Made by a program: the position numbers and the translations under genes. This document shows, piece by piece, positions 26,463 to 35,236 of a stretch of 64,000 nucleotides of DNA. The notes under the pieces were generated by a model. It saw only the letters and a program-made list of their open reading frames with translations, was not told the origin of the DNA and did no database searches. Source of the stretch: Methanoregula sp. (lineage in GTDB: Archaea; Halobacteriota; Methanomicrobia; Methanomicrobiales; Methanospirillaceae); NCBI GenBank assembly GCA_003141335.1, contig PLLR01000058.1:1009-65008 (forward strand), in the 5' to 3' direction. The number at the start of each line of letters is the position of its first letter. Position 1 is the stretch's first letter.

Positions 26463-27330
26463 CGTCCCTGAGGGTGTGCACATCAAGTCCCGGCATCGCG
26501 TCACCAAGACCGCGGCTTACCCGTGCGATAACCTCAGGTTCGTTGAAATGGTTGACCGCCTCGACAATCGCCTTTGCCATCCGCTCGGGGCTGGAGGATT
26601 TGAAAATGCCGGATCCGACAAAAACACCATCGGCTCCCAGCTGCATCATCATCGCTGCATCTGAGGGGGTGGCAATACCACCGGCTGAGAAGTTCACAAC
26701 GGGCAACCGTCCGCGCTCCGAACATTCGATGACCAGTTCTGCGGGGGCTTCGATATCCCGTGCGAAATCGATCATCTCCTGGCGATCCATGCCTTTCAGC
26801 ATCCGTATCTCTCCAAGGATATTGCGCATATGGCGGACAGCCTCGACAACATTGCCGGTCCCTGCCTCACCCTTGGTCCGGATCATCGCCGCACCCTCGT
26901 TTATCCTGCGGAGCGCCTCTCCGAGATCACGGGCACCGCAGATGAAGGGGACCTTGAAAAGTTTCTTATCAATATGATATTGCTCATCTGCCGGTGTCAG
27001 GACCTCACTCTCATCAATCATATCGACGCCCAGAGTTTCTAAGACCTGCGCTTCCACAAAATGCCCGATCCGCACCTTTCCCATAACCGGGATAGAGACC
27101 GCATCAATAATCTCAATAACCTTCTCCGGGTCCGCCATGCGGGCGACGCCCCCCATTTTCCGGATGTCCGAAGGCACCCGTTCCAGCGACATAACTGCGA
27201 CGGCACCAGCGTCCTCAGCGATCTTTGCCTGGTCGGCATTCACGACATCCATGATTACGCCCCCTTTCTGCATGGATGCAAAGCCGCGCTTGAGAAGCTC
27301 AGTGCCAAATCTCAGTTCTTCAAGTTTCAT
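26434..27330 (-). CDS. pdxS: pyridoxal 5-phosphate synthase lyase subunit
   Basis: 298 aa with [19 protein letters not shown]-like, FVCGA-like and [14 protein letters not shown] motifs. Confidence 0.95.
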   Translation of the reverse strand: MKLEELRFGTELLKRGFASMQKGGVIMDVVNADQAKIAEDAGAVAVMSLERVPSDIRKMGGVARMADPEKVIEIIDAVSIPVMGKVRIGHFVEAQVLETLGVDMIDESEVLTPADEQYHIDKKLFKVPFICGARDLGEALRRINEGAAMIRTKGEAGTGNVVEAVRHMRNILGEIRMLKGMDRQEMIDFARDIEAPAELVIECSERGRLPVVNFSAGGIATPSDAAMMMQLGADGVFVGSGIFKSSSPERMAKAIVEAVNHFNEPEVIARVSRGLGDAMPGLDVHTLRDDEVLQTRGR

Positions 27331-28268
27331 ATGCCGGTACTATTGATCCATGATCCCAATAAAATCAGAGTACTACCGGCAAGAACGGTAAAGGCGATTG
27401 TTACAACTCGGCACGCACGGATGATATCAGACCCGGCTTCATCAAGTGTTCTTTCCCCGTCACCAATCGTATAGACCCCTGGCTTTTCGAACCGTATTCC
27501 GGTTCCCCCTGCCATAGCTGCCATCACAATACCGCCATTAAAGCCAGGACGTTTGTGACCGTCGCGATGTATCACACGCACTGCATCCGAAAATTTCCCC
27601 ATGAAAGCAAAGTACACAAGAAGCAGCAATACCGTGAGCCGGGCGGGAACGAAATTAAGTATGTCGTCCATGCGTGCCGAGCACCAGCCTAATCGTTCCC
27701 GTTCATCCCGATATCCGAGCATCGCATCCATCGTGTTTGCTGCACGGAAGATGGCCGCACCGGCAAGCCCAAACAAGGAAAAATAAAACAGTGGGGAGAT
27801 AATGCTGTCGGTAAGATTTTCAGTCATCGATTCATATCCGGCTGAAAGAATATGCTCCCGTTCAAGATTTGCTGTATCCCGCGATACCAGCATTTTGACC
27901 TGTACCCGCCCGTTCTGCACCCCATCTTTCAACGCAGCCACGACCGCTAGAGTATGCTCTTCGAGCGAGCGCCAGGCAAAACAGCATTTGAGCAGGAATG
28001 GTGCAATGACCAGATATACATACCACGGGGTAACCACTGCAAAACAATAAAACGGCAGTGCGAACAGGACTGCAGTGACAAGCCAGAAGACCACACCAAC
28101 AAAACGCTGGAACCGGGGGGAATAATTTTCCGGTTTGCCCCACCACCCGATGAACCTGCCAAGGAGAGCAACAGGATGCCAGTGCGAATGCGGGTCACCA
28201 ATCAAACGATCAACAAGAAGGGCGGCAATTAACACAATCACTACGGCCGCTACTGCTGACGGTACCAT
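27327..28268 (-). CDS. cbiB: adenosylcobinamide-phosphate synthase
   Basis: 313-aa membrane protein with LIGDPH..WHPV and an [13 protein letters not shown]-like (SPNAG region) family pattern. Confidence 0.88.
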   Translation of the reverse strand: MVPSAVAAVVIVLIAALLVDRLIGDPHSHWHPVALLGRFIGWWGKPENYSPRFQRFVGVVFWLVTAVLFALPFYCFAVVTPWYVYLVIAPFLLKCCFAWRSLEEHTLAVVAALKDGVQNGRVQVKMLVSRDTANLEREHILSAGYESMTENLTDSIISPLFYFSLFGLAGAAIFRAANTMDAMLGYRDERERLGWCSARMDDILNFVPARLTVLLLLVYFAFMGKFSDAVRVIHRDGHKRPGFNGGIVMAAMAGGTGIRFEKPGVYTIGDGERTLDEAGSDIIRACRVVTIAFTVLAGSTLILLGSWINSTGI

Positions 28269-28822
28269 GTGTAGAGAGCACCAACGATGAGGACTATAAA
28301 AGCGGCGGTATTGAGAAATTCAATTTTCGTATAGAGCGATGCACTATAGAGGATTAAGGAGATTCCCATCATAATCATCAGGAGATGCGGGCGACCATGG
28401 GCAACCGGCTGGAGCGGGAATTCTTCTTTTACTGCCTTTTTCTGAAGGGTTACTCCCTGAATGACATCAACGCGTACTGATGTTTTTATCCCCCCGTATC
28501 CTGTTGTAATCTCAAGTTCAAAGAAACCTTCCTGGCAATCTTTTCGCAGAGGGATACGTAACACGGTTTCATCAACGACATACATATTTTCGTGGAAAAA
28601 ATCAGTGTACATTCCTGAATTTGTAGAGGAAATTGTAATGTGGGTCGGGGCACCACGGTTTTTAAAAATTATCCTCAGGGTACCGCCGATCTCTGCCCAG
28701 ATATTTTCCTTTGGAGCTTCAATAAAATTAATTCCCAGCCGGTTAAGATAAAATTCAAAAGAAGTTTCATGTGAAATATGACCCGCAGCAGTCAGCACAG
28801 TGAATGACAACGGGAAATTCAT
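28250..28822 (-). CDS. hypothetical protein with C-terminal membrane anchors
   Basis: 190 aa. Soluble beta-rich N-domain plus two C-terminal TM helices. AAGGAG SD upstream. No family recognised. Confidence 0.5.
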   Translation of the reverse strand: MNFPLSFTVLTAAGHISHETSFEFYLNRLGINFIEAPKENIWAEIGGTLRIIFKNRGAPTHITISSTNSGMYTDFFHENMYVVDETVLRIPLRKDCQEGFFELEITTGYGGIKTSVRVDVIQGVTLQKKAVKEEFPLQPVAHGRPHLLMIMMGISLILYSASLYTKIEFLNTAAFIVLIVGALYTWYRQQ

Positions 28823-28837
28823 TCCTGCTCCTTTTTT

Positions 28838-29023
28838 TTATTTTGTCTGGGGGGTGAGGGGGAGAAGGTTAGGAATACCCTCATGGATAGGATAGTTTAC
28901 CCCACATACGGCGCAGAGTAATCCTCCCTCAAGAATTTCCTTTTCATTCTCATTCTTAACCTCGAGTGCAAGATCTCCTTTGCACACCGGGCAGCATAGT
29001 ATGTCCATGAGTGAACGTTTCAT
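28838..29023 (-). CDS. Trm112-family zinc-ribbon protein
   Basis: 61 aa with LCCPVCKGDL...LLCAVCGVNYPIHEGIPNLLP. Confidence 0.75.
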   Translation of the reverse strand: MKRSLMDILCCPVCKGDLALEVKNENEKEILEGGLLCAVCGVNYPIHEGIPNLLPLTPQTK

Positions 29024-30033
29024 ACCTGTTCTTCCCTCAAATCGATGATCTGGGTCATTTCAGGTCCGGTAGAGATCAGGGTGATAGGGCTGCCGATATC
29101 GTCCTCGGCCTTCTTTAAAAAGTCCTTTGCCTTCTTTGTCAGTTTCCCGTAATCAGTCACCCCAAAACAGCTTTTATCCACGCGATCGATACCGGTAATT
29201 GCGGCCTGGGTACATCCATTGATCATCGCTGAATACCGGGCCATTCCCCCATCCCAGCCACCAACACGCCGCTTCCGGTGGGTGACGGTCCCAAACTCCT
29301 GGATGCCCATCGAATCTGATTTTTCAGAGGTCATCTCAGTGCTGAACGGGCCTTCTCCAACCCGGGTGGGATATGCCTTGAAAACAACAATCACTTCATC
29401 AATTTTTGTCGGCCCTACACCGTTGTCAGCTGCAATCTGGGACGCTGATGTATCTTTACTCGTGACAAAGGGATAAGTCCCATAGTAAAGAGAGATGCCA
29501 AAACCCTGTGTCCCTTCAAGCAGTACTGTCCTGCCTTGTTTCAGCTCATCATCAATCGCTTTTGGAACGTCAAGCAGGTATTCGGCAAGCTCGGGCACAT
29601 CCTTTGCCTGAGGAGAGATCCTCATCACCCGGTCTGAATTTGCAGGTCCGCATCCTGATCCAGTACTCCCAATTTTCTTTGACAGGTGGGCACTCCCCTT
29701 ATCCCGGACAATGTGATCTTCGGTAATTATGCCGCAGCGTTTGTCAACAAATATTCTGCCTTTCACATCAAGCATTTCGACTTCATATTTCAGAACGCGG
29801 GGGTCGACAAGCACACCACTGCCAATACAGAGTTTGGCCTCCTTATAAACAAAACCGGAAGGAACCATGCGGACACCATATTCACGGTCTCCAACCTGAA
29901 CAGTGTGTCCGGCATTCGGTCCCACACCGCCGCGGGAGATGATAACGGGTTTGTCCTTGCACGCAATATGGGCAACAATCTTACCCTTTCCCTCATCCCC
30001 AAAAAATCCACCAACGATGATCGTGCAGCTCAT
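29020..30033 (-). CDS. purA: adenylosuccinate synthetase (short archaeal type)
   Basis: Trimmed to ATG 30033. The N-terminus is MSCTIIVGGFFGDEGKGKIVAH, with GPNAGH and GTTGSGCGP-like motifs. Confidence 0.9.
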   Translation of the reverse strand: MSCTIIVGGFFGDEGKGKIVAHIACKDKPVIISRGGVGPNAGHTVQVGDREYGVRMVPSGFVYKEAKLCIGSGVLVDPRVLKYEVEMLDVKGRIFVDKRCGIITEDHIVRDKGSAHLSKKIGSTGSGCGPANSDRVMRISPQAKDVPELAEYLLDVPKAIDDELKQGRTVLLEGTQGFGISLYYGTYPFVTSKDTSASQIAADNGVGPTKIDEVIVVFKAYPTRVGEGPFSTEMTSEKSDSMGIQEFGTVTHRKRRVGGWDGGMARYSAMINGCTQAAITGIDRVDKSCFGVTDYGKLTKKAKDFLKKAEDDIGSPITLISTGPEMTQIIDLREEQV

Positions 30034-30166
30034 TGTAATATCAAGTAGTATTGATCGAATTGCAAAATAAAGTATCCTTTGTACGGGTTCCCTTAACACG
30101 GTGATATGATTATGTGGTATGAAAAATGGTTTTTTGGGATTTTTTTGGGATATATGCCAGACTATT

Positions 30167-31324
30167 TCAGAGACCATTCAGGAAAGTTTCCATCCGGCCG
30201 AGTGCTTCAGTAAGTTGCTTTCTGGAAACCGCATATGCACAGCGCAGATGGTAGTCTCCTCCCGCACCAAAGACGCTGCCCGGTACCACGGCCACCCGCT
30301 GCTCTTTCAACAGTCGCTCGGCAAACTCCGTGTCCGACAGCCCGGTCCCTTTCACTGATGGAAATGCATAGAATGCCCCCGGCGGAACGTGAGTCGGAAG
30401 ACCGATGCGATTTAATCCTGATACAAACATATTGCGCCTTAAACGGTACTCGTTCACCATAGTGTTTTTATCCTCTTCAGCAGACCGGACTGCTTCAAGT
30501 GCACCGATCTGTCCCATCACGGGTGCGCAAAGCATCACGTACTGGTGGATCTTGAGGGCTGCTTCACAGAGCTCTTTTGGAGCGCAGAGATACCCAACAC
30601 GCCATCCGGTCATCGCATATGCTTTGGAAAAACCGTTGAGTGTAATTGTCCGCTGCCAGAGATCGCTTACCGTACCTGCAGCAACATGACTTCCCTCGTA
30701 GGTAAGTTCTGCATATACTTCATCAGTGATAAGCAGAAGATCATTATCGATTATAACATCAGCGATCGCCTCAAGATCTTTCCGATTCATCACTGCGCCT
30801 GTGGGGTTGTTCGGGAAATTGATCATGAGCGCTTTTGTCTTTTTGGTGATCTTTTCCTGCAGTCTATCAGGGTTGAGTTTGAAGCTGTCGGCTTCTGTGC
30901 ATTCAACAGGAACCGGTTGGCCACCAGCCAGCGTAACACAGGGAGCGTAAGAGACATAACTTGGCTGTGCGATAAGAACTTCATCACCTGGATCCACAAT
31001 TGCCCGGATCGCGATATCGAGCGCTTCTGATACACCGCTTGTGATGATAATTTCATCATCACTGTTATAGGGAAGATTATAGTGCTGTTTTAAGTAGATG
31101 GAGAGGGTTTCACGGAGCGCCGGCAGGCCTTTGTTTGGAGTGTAGGATGTCACACCCTGCTCAATTGAGTAAATGCTCGATTCGCAGATATTCCAGGGGG
31201 TACGAAAATCGGGTTCACCAACACCTAAGGATATGACATCCTCAATCGTGAGAGCCAGATCAAAGAATTTCCTGATCCCCGATGGTGGGATGCCATTTGC
31301 ACGTTCAGAAATAAAATTCCGCAT
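30167..31324 (-). CDS. pyridoxal-phosphate-dependent aminotransferase, class I (aspartate aminotransferase-like)
   Basis: 385 aa. Contains SKAYAMTGWRVGY (PLP-Lys motif) and NPNNPTG-like FPNNPTG. Confidence 0.9.
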   Translation of the reverse strand: MRNFISERANGIPPSGIRKFFDLALTIEDVISLGVGEPDFRTPWNICESSIYSIEQGVTSYTPNKGLPALRETLSIYLKQHYNLPYNSDDEIIITSGVSEALDIAIRAIVDPGDEVLIAQPSYVSYAPCVTLAGGQPVPVECTEADSFKLNPDRLQEKITKKTKALMINFPNNPTGAVMNRKDLEAIADVIIDNDLLLITDEVYAELTYEGSHVAAGTVSDLWQRTITLNGFSKAYAMTGWRVGYLCAPKELCEAALKIHQYVMLCAPVMGQIGALEAVRSAEEDKNTMVNEYRLRRNMFVSGLNRIGLPTHVPPGAFYAFPSVKGTGLSDTEFAERLLKEQRVAVVPGSVFGAGGDYHLRCAYAVSRKQLTEALGRMETFLNGL

Positions 31325-31333
31325 ATCCTCACC

Positions 31334-31825
31334 TTAGAACGAGTAGGGGAGGCGTTCTGCTTCCTGTTGTTCAAAGAGCACGTTGCCATTTTCCTTGTAT
31401 GACTTCATGATGATATGTGTCGCCGTTTCACGGATCCGATCCATGGGTGCCACATGTTCGGATACAAAACGGGAAACTTCCTGCATATTCTTTCCGGTTA
31501 CAAGGAGCTGGAGATCGTAGGTACCGGTCATCAGACGCAGAGTTTTTACCTGCCTGAACCGGGAAAGCCTTTCTGCTATCCGGTCATAACCAAAATCGCG
31601 TTCGGGATTGACCTTTAGCTCGATGATTGAAGCGACCTCGCCGTTTCCTGCCATCTCCCAGTTGATGACGGTAGTATATTTACGAATCACACCGGCATCT
31701 TCGAGTGCATGGATCCGTACCTCCACTTCAGCGGGGGTTAGTATGGTCATCGTTGCAATTTCCTCTGCAGAGAGTCTGCTGTTATTCTCAAGAATACGGA
31801 GGAGTTCCAGATCCTTTTCATCCAT
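31334..31825 (-). CDS. Lrp/AsnC family transcriptional regulator
   Basis: 163 aa. N-terminal HTH (DLELLRILENNSRLSAEEIA) plus a RAM/ACT-like C-domain. Confidence 0.85.
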   Translation of the reverse strand: MDEKDLELLRILENNSRLSAEEIATMTILTPAEVEVRIHALEDAGVIRKYTTVINWEMAGNGEVASIIELKVNPERDFGYDRIAERLSRFRQVKTLRLMTGTYDLQLLVTGKNMQEVSRFVSEHVAPMDRIRETATHIIMKSYKENGNVLFEQQEAERLPYSF

Positions 31826-31831
31826 AACTCA

Positions 31832-33124
31832 TCACCTGAACCATGTTTTTAACCATTTTGCTTCCATTTGCTTTACATCAAGGTCCTTTAACCCGTTCAG
31901 TCGTGGATCCTTAAGTACAACCTCACGGATCTTCCCCGTGTTTGAGTCAAACCACATCTCTTTTGTTCTGCCATACCGCCCGCGGCTTACCACACGGGTG
32001 TTGATTACACCGAGCATGTTTAACTCAGAGATGAGATCAGTAATGCGGCGGTGAGTAAGCACATCAAGTTCAATGCTCGGTGCAATGTCCTGATAAATAC
32101 GCGAAACTTCCCCGCTTGTAAAAATATTCTGTCCCAGCTGCTCAAGTATAAGCATAGAGAAAAGTATCAATTTACTCTGGGTGGGAAGTGTCGCGATGCA
32201 TTCAATCATACTATCCGTCTCGATCTTTGCCTGGGCCTGCTTAACGTGCTCTTCTTTTACCTGATTTGATTCGTCGCGGTCGGCAAGCTCACCGGAGATT
32301 CTCAAAAGGTCAAGCGCACGACGGGCATCTCCATGCTCCTGAGCTGCAAGAGCTGAACAGAGCGGGATAACACCTTCAGCTATGGCACCCGGCATGAATG
32401 CCGCGTCAGAGCGTTGAGCGAGAATGTCAACGAGCTGGGGGGCATTGTAAGGCGGGAAAACAATCTCCTCTTCAGAGAGAGAGGAAAGAACACGGGGATC
32501 CAAGAAATCTTTAAAGCTTAGATCGTTTGAGATGCCGATGATGCTAACCTTGGAATTTTTAAGATCGGAATTGATACGCGTAAGATTATAAAGCGTGTCG
32601 TCTCCGCTCTTTTTAACAAGCTTGTCAATCTCATCAAGCACAATAACCAGGACGCCCCCGCCAGCTTCCAATTGATTTTTGAGCTCGGCATATACCTGAT
32701 CCGTGGGCCAGCCAGTCATTGGAATATGCGTCCGGTTTTTATCACTTGCAACTTCATCCATTCCATAAAGATTTTTTGCAATCTGGGCAAGTACCCGGTA
32801 CTGAGTATCAATTACTTCGCAGTTCAGATGGACAATCCGGCAGATTGTGCCCATCTTACTACTCGTCTTTTCAAGCTCTGAACCAACATAACGGACACAG
32901 GCAGTCTTACCGGTCCCGGTCTTGCCATAAATAAGAATATTCGAAGGTGTTTCATTCCTGAGTGATGGTGCCAGGATAGAGGCAACATTATCAATCTGGG
33001 GCTTGCGATGGGGGAGGATCTGAGGACGGTAGGAGTGTCTGAGCACTTCACGGTCGCGGAATATCTTGTTATTTGCAAGGTATTTTTTAAATAGCCCTGT
33101 GGAGGGATCTTCTGTTTCAGGCAT
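31832..33124 (-). CDS. cdc6: Orc1/Cdc6 replication initiator
   Basis: 430 aa. AAA+ Walker A GKTGTGKT, Walker B VIVLDEID, and a C-terminal winged helix. Adjacent to the AT-rich ORB region. Confidence 0.93.
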   Translation of the reverse strand: MPETEDPSTGLFKKYLANNKIFRDREVLRHSYRPQILPHRKPQIDNVASILAPSLRNETPSNILIYGKTGTGKTACVRYVGSELEKTSSKMGTICRIVHLNCEVIDTQYRVLAQIAKNLYGMDEVASDKNRTHIPMTGWPTDQVYAELKNQLEAGGGVLVIVLDEIDKLVKKSGDDTLYNLTRINSDLKNSKVSIIGISNDLSFKDFLDPRVLSSLSEEEIVFPPYNAPQLVDILAQRSDAAFMPGAIAEGVIPLCSALAAQEHGDARRALDLLRISGELADRDESNQVKEEHVKQAQAKIETDSMIECIATLPTQSKLILFSMLILEQLGQNIFTSGEVSRIYQDIAPSIELDVLTHRRITDLISELNMLGVINTRVVSRGRYGRTKEMWFDSNTGKIREVVLKDPRLNGLKDLDVKQMEAKWLKTWFR

Positions 33125-33190
33125 AACGATACTAAGGATCTGACACTTAGCGACATAAGATAAAAAAACGATCGGTTTGTCCCTTTTATA

Positions 33191-33213
33191 AACCCCATTT
33201 ATTCCAGTGGAAC
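33191..33213 (-). repeat. ORB-like element a
   Basis: The - strand reads GTTCCACTGGAATAAATGGGGTT: a TTCCAnnGGAA core plus a G-string. Confidence 0.6.
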
Positions 33214-33280
33214 TCGCTCAATTTATAAAGCAATTTAGCGATAAAGCCCAAATAATTTAATTTAATTTTTATTATTTTTT

Positions 33281-33289
33281 TGTGGAATT
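33281..33289 (-). repeat. mini-ORB-like core d
   Basis: tgtggaatt shares the GTGGAA core but has no G-string. Confidence 0.3.
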
Positions 33290-33370
33290 ATCAGACATTC
33301 GGAAACATATAAGCAAATACCAGAAACATTCCTGATTCTAAACATTTTACCAGTTTATTTATTTGTAGTT

Positions 33371-33400
33371 GGGGGAGACCCCTTAGTTTCGTGTGGAAAT
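33371..33400 (-). repeat. ORB-like element b
   Basis: The - strand reads ATTTCCACACGAAACTAAGGGGTCTCCCCC. Confidence 0.65.
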
Positions 33401-33560
33401 CATTGATATGAACGAGTTTAGTAAAAAATATTTATGAAATGAACTCATTTTATTTTTGACTTTAAAGTATATAAAGGTTTCAGCAGAAGATATACAATTT
33501 TTTGTTTTAAAAAAAGGTAAAATAGAATATTTAACCAAAAAGGGAACGTTATAACAATAT
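33401..33560. other. AT-rich candidate duplex unwinding element
   Basis: A 160-nt, strongly AT-rich stretch bracketed by the inverted ORB-like elements b and c. Confidence 0.5.
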
Positions 33561-33586
33561 TTCCATTGGAAATAAAGGGGTCCCCC
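33561..33586 (+). repeat. ORB-like element c (inverted relative to a and b)
   Basis: The + strand reads TTCCATTGGAAATAAAGGGGTCCCCC, close to the reverse complement of element b. Confidence 0.65.
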
Positions 33587-33614
33587 GTTTTTGTGTAATA
33601 TATTAACCTTGTGA

Positions 33615-33626
33615 TCCTGTGGAATG
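33615..33626 (-). repeat. mini-ORB-like core e
   Basis: tcctgtggaatg has the GTGGAAT core only. Confidence 0.3.
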
Positions 33627-33934
33627 TTATGTAAATCACAGTTATCTGGTATCAGTTCAGGAAAACACGTATATTGATTCAACTGGCTTCAGTTTTGTGG
33701 ATCTGATGTTCCGTTGTTGCAGATAGTAGAATTCCAAGTGTCATCATTGCTGGATGGATCCAGGATCCAGTTGTTGGATCGGATGTTATATGTGGGTTGA
33801 TTGTTGCGATATGACTCAGATCAATTTTTTTTTATCCATGGTGGATAAAAAGTGGATGAACAATGGAACTCGGATTTTACCGATGAGATACGAAATCATA
33901 GTTTATTAATGGAAAAAATACTATCATCATTAAG

Positions 33935-34423
33935 ATGAACCAAAAACACATCACACCGTTACCGATTATTGCCTCAATTATTACCGTGTCGAGTACAAGA
34001 ACCAGGGAAAATGATACGAGTGGAAATACCATCCGTGAGATTTTAAAAACGGCAGGAATCGAGGTGCAACACTATGCTATCATACCGGACAATGTTGAAT
34101 CAATCCGTGCTGAAATTTATTCTGCAATAAAAAATTCCAATTGTGTAATACTTAATGGTGGAACCGGTCTTACGCATGATGACTGCACAATCGAAGCTGT
34201 TGTGCCCCTGCTCGATAAAAAAATTGATGGATTTGGTGAGCTTTTCAGGATGAAAAGCTACCAGGAAATTGGCACTTCTTCAATGCTGTCCCGTGCACTG
34301 GCCGGCACCTGTCATGGCAAGGCAATCTTTTGCATACCCGGCTCCACTCCTGCCGTAACTCTGGCAACAAAAGAACTTATTGTTCCTGAGATCGCGCATA
34401 TCCTTTCTCATGCAAATAAATGA
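33935..34423 (+). CDS. moaB: molybdenum cofactor biosynthesis protein B (MogA/MoaB family)
   Basis: 162 aa with the GGTGLTHDDCT motif and PGSTPAV. Confidence 0.85.
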   Translation: MNQKHITPLPIIASIITVSSTRTRENDTSGNTIREILKTAGIEVQHYAIIPDNVESIRAEIYSAIKNSNCVILNGGTGLTHDDCTIEAVVPLLDKKIDGFGELFRMKSYQEIGTSSMLSRALAGTCHGKAIFCIPGSTPAVTLATKELIVPEIAHILSHANK

Positions 34424-34432
34424 TATTACGAT

Positions 34433-34440
34433 TTTTTTTC
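34433..34440 (+). terminator. T8 tract after moaB
   Basis: tttttttt begins 10 nt after the moaB stop. Confidence 0.4.
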
Positions 34441-34710
34441 ACTTCCATCAATACAAAGTAAAAAATAATGTGTAATAGCAACATCCCGAATCAAAGCAAA
34501 TCTTGACGAATGCAAATCAAAAATTTCAAAAAAACCTGCATGAAGCCAAAAGACCTCGCACTAAAGCAATGAAAATTTGTACAACTCCATAAGCAATCTC
34601 CTTTTGTGCGGTAGATCGCCGGTAGATCTAATAAATTCTCATGACAAACAGGATCGTCCACTCACTCTTAATAAAAAAATATGCCGGTTCTGCCACCATC
34701 GACGGAGCCT

Positions 34711-35232
34711 CTAACGGTTGACATAGAGGAGAGCTATACGCTCAAGTATAAGATCTTTAATTCGATCCCGACCGACCACTTCGAGCTCCTCTTGTGTGAT
34801 ACTGAACAAAGATACGAGCCTGGCTTCCTTGTCTGGAGTCATGTCATCGCACTTTTCTTCAACAAAGTGCATATGGTGTGAAAGATCCTTCCATACATTT
34901 TCATTGACAGGGTATGAGCAGACAAACATAGTATTTTCACCCTCCTGAATTCCGAATAATGCTGCCACCTGACACTGGCGGGATCCGGCAGCGAATAATA
35001 ATGCCTCCATCTCAAATGAGTTGGATATCGGTTTGCCTGAAAAAAAAGATCGCTGCGCGTGTTGTATTGCGGCTTCTGCATGATCCCGCCCTGCCATTTT
35101 GTCGGCATCAAAACAGACAATATGTATTGAATATAACCGTGCAATTCCCTGTATCATTCGGAGGAATGCATCACGGTCATCAATAGTCATCCTTGCCTGC
35201 CGGATCTCGTACCTCTCTATTGGTGTTTCCAT
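34711..35232 (-). CDS. cgi121: KEOPS complex subunit Cgi121
   Basis: 173 aa. FDADKMAGRDHAEAAIQHAQRSF...EMEALLFAAGSRQ is a Cgi121-like pattern. Confidence 0.65.
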   Translation of the reverse strand: METPIERYEIRQARMTIDDRDAFLRMIQGIARLYSIHIVCFDADKMAGRDHAEAAIQHAQRSFFSGKPISNSFEMEALLFAAGSRQCQVAALFGIQEGENTMFVCSYPVNENVWKDLSHHMHFVEEKCDDMTPDKEARLVSLFSITQEELEVVGRDRIKDLILERIALLYVNR

Positions 35233-35236
35233 TCAA

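Larger units (their letters stand above)
33191..33627. other. predicted chromosomal replication origin (oriC): ORB-like repeats flanking an AT-rich unwinding region
   Basis: An 810-bp non-coding, AT-rich spacer next to cdc6. It contains three long ORB-like elements with G-strings and two mini-ORB-like cores. See the repeat features below. Confidence 0.7.

Noticed and set aside
33383-33682. 99-aa and 64-aa ORFs inside the AT-rich spacer next to cdc6.
   Set aside because: They are Asn/Ile/Lys/Phe-rich products of AT-rich DNA. They overlap the ORB-like repeats and the putative DUE. An origin is the better explanation.
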